64,000 nt of DNA from Pseudochelatococcus sp. (lineage in GTDB: Bacteria > Pseudomonadota > Alphaproteobacteria > Rhizobiales > Beijerinckiaceae). The stretch spans positions 71,443 through 135,442 of the forward strand of contig NZ_JBMNUS010000013.1 of the NCBI RefSeq assembly GCF_050946405.1, written 5' to 3'. A program made the translations under genes and the position numbers. Of this stretch, positions 59,349 through 64,000 are shown piece by piece; position 1 is the stretch's first letter; each line of letters opens with the position of its first letter. Under the pieces are notes generated by a model, which had not been told where the DNA came from, did not search any database, and was given only the letters and a program-made list of their open reading frames with translations.

Positions 59349-60407
59349 ATGACATTTATGCGGAGCGGTCGGATGAAAATATGGTCGGGCTTTCCGGCGC
59401 TCGCGGCAGCGGCTTTCATGACGGGCTTGCCGGCAAATCCGCCGGCATGGGGAGCGGATGCGGCGCCGTTCGACCAGTCGCCCTATGAGCGGCCGGCGTC
59501 GCTCGTCGAGGTGGGCGATGGGCAACGGCTCAATCTCGTCTGCCGGGGCGAAGGTTTTCCGACGGTTCTTCTCGAAGCGGGTTTCGGCGAAAGCGCGGTG
59601 ACGTGGCGCGACGTTCAGCCGGAAATCGCCAAAGTGACGCGCGTCTGCGCCTATGACCGGGCCGGGCTCGGTTTCAGCGATCCCGCCAGGGCGGCGCAGG
59701 ATGTGGCGGGCATGGCCGCGCGGCTGCGGGCTCTTGTCGACGCGGGCGGTATCGGCCGCCCGTTCGTTTTGGTGGCGCATTCGATGGGCGGGTTGATCGC
59801 GGCCCGGTATGCCGACGAGAATCCGCGCGATCTGGCGGGGCTGGTGCTCGTCGATCCCGCCGTGGCGCATCAGGAGCGGCACATGGCCGCCGTCACCCGC
59901 TCCTATTTCATCGCGAACGCGCAGCAACGCGCCGTGATTCTCGCCTGTCTGGATGCCGCGAAAGCCGGCGATATGACGCCGGGCAGTTCTCTGCCGGCCG
60001 AATGCGGCAACCCGACACCCGGTGCCGGCCCGGTGCTGGCGGCGGCGGAAAGCGCGCGGATGAAGAAGGTTTCCTATTGGGAGGCGCTGCTTTCCGAACA
60101 TGAAAACATGTTCTCCATGCAGGAGGACAGCTCGACCGTGGATGACATCCAGCTCACCGGCTCCACCCGGCGATATGGAACCTTGCCGCTGATCGTTCTC
60201 ACCGCCGGGAATGCGTTGCCCGATATGCCGGAGGCCGAAAAAGACCCCGCCAATACATTGTGGATGAAGCTGCATGACGAACTGGCGGCGCGCTCCGACC
60301 GGGGCGTGAATCGCCTGGCCCCGCAATCGGGGCATTATATCCAGAACGACGCGCCGCAGGAGGTGATCGCGGCCGTGCTCGAAGTCGTCACCGCCACGCG
60401 GCGGTGA
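59349..60407 (+). CDS. Secreted alpha/beta-fold hydrolase
   Basis: Signal-like N-terminus MKIWSGFPALAAAAFMTGLPANPPAWG, then LLEAGFGES and the nucleophile elbow VAHSMGG. The start could be 59349 or 59373. Confidence 0.7.
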   Translation: MTFMRSGRMKIWSGFPALAAAAFMTGLPANPPAWGADAAPFDQSPYERPASLVEVGDGQRLNLVCRGEGFPTVLLEAGFGESAVTWRDVQPEIAKVTRVCAYDRAGLGFSDPARAAQDVAGMAARLRALVDAGGIGRPFVLVAHSMGGLIAARYADENPRDLAGLVLVDPAVAHQERHMAAVTRSYFIANAQQRAVILACLDAAKAGDMTPGSSLPAECGNPTPGAGPVLAAAESARMKKVSYWEALLSEHENMFSMQEDSSTVDDIQLTGSTRRYGTLPLIVLTAGNALPDMPEAEKDPANTLWMKLHDELAARSDRGVNRLAPQSGHYIQNDAPQEVIAAVLEVVTATRR

Positions 60408-60432
60408 CAGTTCGCGGACAGCGCGCGAGCCC

Positions 60433-61446
60433 TTACCTGACCGGGCAGGAATTGCCGTTGGCGCTGTAATTGATGACCTTGATCTTGCCGCCGATGATGT
60501 CGTCTCGTATGGCGACGATCTTCTTTTCCATATCGGCTGTCACGAGCTTGCGGTTGTTGTCGTCCAGCGCCCAGTCGACGCCGCCTTCCTTCAGGCCGAG
60601 GGAGATGGTGCCCGGTTTCCAGGTGCCGTTCTTCGCATCCTGAAACGCACCGTAAACCGCGTTGTCGACGCGCTTGAGCATGGAGGTCAGCACCGTGCCG
60701 GGCTGTATGTGATTCTGGTTGCTGTCCACGCCGATGGCCAGTTTGCCCTTGTCCTTCGCCGCCTGCATCACGCCGATTCCGGTGCCGCCGGCGGCGGCGA
60801 AAATGACATCCACGCCGCGGCCGAACTGCGCGTCGGCAAGATCCGCGCCCTTCGCCGGGTCGCGCCACACGGAAGGGGTGGTGCCGACCATGTCCGCGAT
60901 ATATTCGATCTGCGGATTGATATATTTTCCTCCCTGGGCGTAACCGCAGCCGAAAGCTTGTATCGGCGGAATATCCATGCCGCCGATGAAGCCCAGCTTG
61001 CCGCTTTTCGAGGCCATCGCGGCCAGCGCACCCACGAGGAAGGAGCCTTCCTCGTCCTTGAACACGATCGACTGAACGTTCGGCGCCTCGATCACGGAAT
61101 CGATGATGACGAACTTCACGTCGGGAAACCGCGGCGCGACCTTTTCAAGCGCGGGCTTCTGCGCGGAGCCGACCGAGACCACCACGCTCACGCCGCGCCG
61201 GGCGAGATTGGTCAGCGCCTGTTCGCGCTGGTTCTCGCCGGTGATCTCGAATTCGCGATAAGCGGCGCCGGTTTCCTTCCTGAACCGCTCCGCGCCATTA
61301 TATGCGGCTTCGTTGAAGCTCTTGTCGAACTTGCCGCCCATGTCGAACACGATGGCCGGGCCGGAACTCTGGGCCGGAGCGGAGACGCTCGTCATCATTA
61401 AAGCAATTCCGGCAAAAGCCGATGCCGCAATTCCGATATGGCGCAT
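60433..61446 (-). CDS. BMP-family (Med / basic membrane protein) ABC-transporter substrate-binding protein
   Basis: Signal peptide MRHIGIAASAFAGIALMMTSVSAPAQS, then VFDMGGKFDKSFNEAAYNG and FIGGMDIPPI. Confidence 0.85.
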   Translation of the reverse strand: MRHIGIAASAFAGIALMMTSVSAPAQSSGPAIVFDMGGKFDKSFNEAAYNGAERFRKETGAAYREFEITGENQREQALTNLARRGVSVVVSVGSAQKPALEKVAPRFPDVKFVIIDSVIEAPNVQSIVFKDEEGSFLVGALAAMASKSGKLGFIGGMDIPPIQAFGCGYAQGGKYINPQIEYIADMVGTTPSVWRDPAKGADLADAQFGRGVDVIFAAAGGTGIGVMQAAKDKGKLAIGVDSNQNHIQPGTVLTSMLKRVDNAVYGAFQDAKNGTWKPGTISLGLKEGGVDWALDDNNRKLVTADMEKKIVAIRDDIIGGKIKVINYSANGNSCPVR

Positions 61447-61834
61447 GATCAATTCCTTTCGCTGACGGCCTCCGGCCGGAGCGCGGGTTCGCTCTTGTGA
61501 TGTCGGAGCGATTTCCCGATCAACGAAAGAGATCGAGAAATCGCTGAAAATCAAAGGCTTGTGTGTAGTTTGACCCGATATCCCGAAACGGTCGCGCTCC
61601 CGGAGTCTGGCCGATGAGACAAATATGGCGCGCTTACGTGGCCCTTTTACGAAACCGCCCGCAAGTTATGGGAGAAAATGTCCAGAGCAGCGCTAAAACG
61701 TTTAAAATGCATCGTAAATGTCAGATATGACATGAGAGATCACGGCGTGTATGGCGCAAATCGGTCATTATTATCACAAAACCGCAATGCTTCATGGCTA
61801 CTGTTTTTCGAGCAGTAGCGGAGAGGGTTCGGTT

Positions 61835-63853
61835 ATGGCGTTTTCTGGTCCCGCCATCGGCATTCGCGGCCGTTTGTGGTTGGCATTCGGCGTCATTTCG
61901 ACATTGCCGATTCTGGCGGCGCTGGTTGCGTGGCTGGCTTTCAACGATGTGGCCGAACGCATGGATCAGGTCGCCCAGCGGCGATTGCCGCAGATCGAGG
62001 CTGCGCTGCGGCTGGCCGCGACGGCGGAGCGGCTGGTCGGTTATGGTCCGCAGATCGTGGCGGCGCCGGGCGCCGATGCGCGCGAGGCCATCTGGCGGCG
62101 TGTCGATCCCATCCGGGATGAAGGCCGCAGCCTGATCGAAGCCCTGCGCGGCACGACGGATGCGGTGGAGATCACCGATTACATCTCGTATATCGACGAC
62201 ATGAGCCGGATGTTGACCGATATTCATAATCTGGTGAACGCCATTGGCGAAAACAGAGCCGAATTTGTCCGGCTGATGCAGAAGGTCGAGCCGGCGGCCG
62301 GTGATTTCGACCGGGTGGCGGAGCAACTGGACGATATCGAAGCCGGCGCCTTGCTCGGACAACTGAATGTAAAGCTGGTGGGCGCCTTGCTGGGCTTGCC
62401 GGTTCTGACCGATCTGGATGCGGTCGACCGCGCCAGAGCCGGCGTGGAGGAGCATCGGGCGGAGCTCGTGCGTCTGGTCGGGGGGCTGGAGGCGGCCGAT
62501 GCGGAGCGAATCGCGCCGGTTCGCGATGCGTGGCTGGCAGTTCTGGATGCCCAGCCGTTTCAGATGCAGAGCGATTTTCTGCTCGACGGGGAAGATCGCG
62601 ATCTGCTGCTCGTTTCAAACGCCACCGTTGCGGAGCGCCTGCGAGAGCGGACGGCCGGTCTGGTGGCGGACGCCAGCAACGGCGCGCGGGCGGCGGCCGC
62701 GGATGTGCGCACGGTCATTGCCGATGGCGTATGGAAGCTCTTCGGCGTCGCGATCGGCGCCGTGGTGCTGGCGATTGCAATCGGCTGGCTGTATGTCAAC
62801 CGCCTGCTCATCCGCAGCCTGACACGCCTCATCGATATCATGCGCCGGTTGTCGCAAGGCGAGCGCGAGATCGCGATTCCCGATCTGCACCGGCGCGACG
62901 AAATCGGCGCCATGGCCGCCGCGCTGGAGGTGTTCAAGCAAAATGCCATCGAGCGCCATCATCTGGAAGAGAATCAGCGCCATGCAAGCGAGGCCCAGGC
63001 GCAACGCGTTGATGCCGTCGAGGCGCTGATTCGCGATTTCGACGATGAGATGGTCAACGTGCTCGCCCTGATCAGGGCCTCGTCCGAATCGCTCGAGAGC
63101 ACCGCCCGATCCCTCAATACGACCGCGGACGCAAGCTCCGGCAATGTCGTCAATGTTTCGACGGCTGCCGAGCAGGCATCGGCAAACGTGCAGAATGTCG
63201 CATCGGCCTCTGAACAACTCGCCGCCTCGATCAACGAGATTTCCCGTCAGATCAGTGATTCGCGTCAGATCGCCGATCAGGCGCTCGCGTCCGTGCGCGA
63301 AACGGACGGCACGGCCCGTCAGCTTCTGAGCGCGAGCGAGCGAATCAACGAGATCGTGGCGCTGATCAGCACCATCGCCCAGCAAACGAATCTGCTGGCG
63401 CTTAACGCCACGATCGAGGCGGCCCGTGCGGGCAACGCCGGCAAGGGCTTCGCCGTGGTGGCGTCGGAGGTCAAGTCCCTGGCTGATCAGACCGAACGCG
63501 CGACGGGCGACATATCCGAGCATCTCAGAGCGATTCAGACGGTTTCGCAAACGGCCGTTTCCGCCATTCATGGCGTCGGCGAGATCATCGAGCGAATCAA
63601 CGTGATCTTTTCGGAGATCTCTCAGGCGGTATCGCAGCAAGGAGCTGCGACTCGCGAAATCGCCGAAAGCGTTCAGCAGGCGGCTACGGGCACGCAACAG
63701 GTTTCGGTGAAGATGCGGGATATTTCCCAGGGTGTGAGCGACACCCGCCAGCATGCCGCCGATGTGCTCGGTTCCGCCTCCGGGCTGGCGAAGGAAGCCC
63801 AGGGCGTGCGCCATACGGTCGAGCGATTTTTCGACGAAATCCGTGCTGCGTAA
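61835..63853 (+). CDS. Methyl-accepting chemotaxis protein
   Basis: Two TM segments flank a periplasmic region. A HAMP region ([27 protein letters not shown]) follows, then the conserved signalling hairpin [37 protein letters not shown]. Confidence 0.85.
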   Translation: MAFSGPAIGIRGRLWLAFGVISTLPILAALVAWLAFNDVAERMDQVAQRRLPQIEAALRLAATAERLVGYGPQIVAAPGADAREAIWRRVDPIRDEGRSLIEALRGTTDAVEITDYISYIDDMSRMLTDIHNLVNAIGENRAEFVRLMQKVEPAAGDFDRVAEQLDDIEAGALLGQLNVKLVGALLGLPVLTDLDAVDRARAGVEEHRAELVRLVGGLEAADAERIAPVRDAWLAVLDAQPFQMQSDFLLDGEDRDLLLVSNATVAERLRERTAGLVADASNGARAAAADVRTVIADGVWKLFGVAIGAVVLAIAIGWLYVNRLLIRSLTRLIDIMRRLSQGEREIAIPDLHRRDEIGAMAAALEVFKQNAIERHHLEENQRHASEAQAQRVDAVEALIRDFDDEMVNVLALIRASSESLESTARSLNTTADASSGNVVNVSTAAEQASANVQNVASASEQLAASINEISRQISDSRQIADQALASVRETDGTARQLLSASERINEIVALISTIAQQTNLLALNATIEAARAGNAGKGFAVVASEVKSLADQTERATGDISEHLRAIQTVSQTAVSAIHGVGEIIERINVIFSEISQAVSQQGAATREIAESVQQAATGTQQVSVKMRDISQGVSDTRQHAADVLGSASGLAKEAQGVRHTVERFFDEIRAA

Positions 63854-63904
63854 GGCGTTGTGGGGATCGGACGTTCCTTTCGTCAAGAAAGTTTCATTTT
63901 TGGA

Positions 63905-63933
63905 TTGACATGGATATTTGTGTGATCTAGATA
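63905..63933 (+). promoter_or_regulatory. Sigma-70-like promoter candidate (TTGACA-N17-TAGATA) with no ORF behind it inside the window
   Basis: ttgaca at 63905..63910, a 17-nt spacer, then tagata at 63928..63933. It lies in the AT-richer tail after the MCP gene. Confidence 0.35.
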
Positions 63934-64000
63934 GGGGTCACACCGGCGCTGCGGCTTACGAGTTTTGCGGCGACGGACTGGTTTTTCTTTAGGTTGCGTC

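Noticed and set aside
1-64000. Search for CRISPR arrays, tRNA/rRNA genes, transposases, integrases or flanking direct repeats that would mark the NRPS cluster as a mobile island.
   Set aside because: No spaced repeat arrays were seen; the only tandem repeats are short and in-frame within coding sequence. No ORF translation had transposase, integrase or recombinase motifs. No tRNA-like cloverleaf candidates were noticed in the AT-richer intergenic patches. Whether the cluster is horizontally acquired cannot be judged from this window alone.

Overview
High-GC window that looks like a chromosomal alphaproteobacterial (Rhizobiales-type) region; that taxon guess is inference from gene content and base composition only. 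No rRNA, tRNA, CRISPR array, transposase or integrase was seen. Gene calls come from reading the supplied ORF translations for family motifs. In this GC-rich DNA many long ORFs are antisense or out-of-frame shadows, and those were discarded. (1) 1-21.4 kb holds ordinary-looking metabolism. It starts with a partial 2-hydroxyacid dehydrogenase and a LysR regulator. Next comes an amine / omega-amino-acid catabolic island: a PotABCD-like ABC importer, HAD hydrolase, FAD oxidoreductase, GMC oxidoreductase, two aldehyde dehydrogenases, a tartrate-dehydrogenase-family enzyme, a cupin, an omega-aminotransferase and an XRE-cupin regulator. After that come an Lrp-dadX-dadA D-alanine catabolism locus and a ChrB-like/MFS pair. 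(2) About 21.5-59.2 kb is a roughly 38 kb hybrid fatty-acyl-AMP-ligase / PKS / aminotransferase / NRPS gene cluster. This is the main accessory feature of the window. Its first gene encodes a protein of about 4,880 aa with the order FAAL-ACP-KS-AT-ACP-AMT-C-(A remnant)-PCP-C-C-A-PCP-C. An AsnB-type amidotransferase gene follows. The second NRPS reads A-PCP-C-A(embedded PRMT-like methyltransferase)-PCP-E. Then come a SyrD-like cyclic-peptide ABC exporter, an autotransporter whose passenger is a beta-lactamase-fold serine hydrolase, a type II thioesterase, a DUF697 / small membrane protein / SPFH trio, the third NRPS (C-A-PCP-TE) and an Sfp-type PPTase. The logic matches a beta-amino fatty acid lipopeptide (iturin / puwainaphycin type), but several features are atypical: a vestigial A domain, a tandem C-C didomain, asnB placed inside a split module, a PRMT-like insert in an A domain, a surface-displayed hydrolase and a membrane-scaffold operon. 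(3) 59.3-64 kb holds a secreted alpha/beta hydrolase, a BMP-family binding protein, a methyl-accepting chemotaxis protein and a consensus-like orphan promoter at the right edge. All domain boundaries are approximate (tens of nt). Specificity codes were read by eye.
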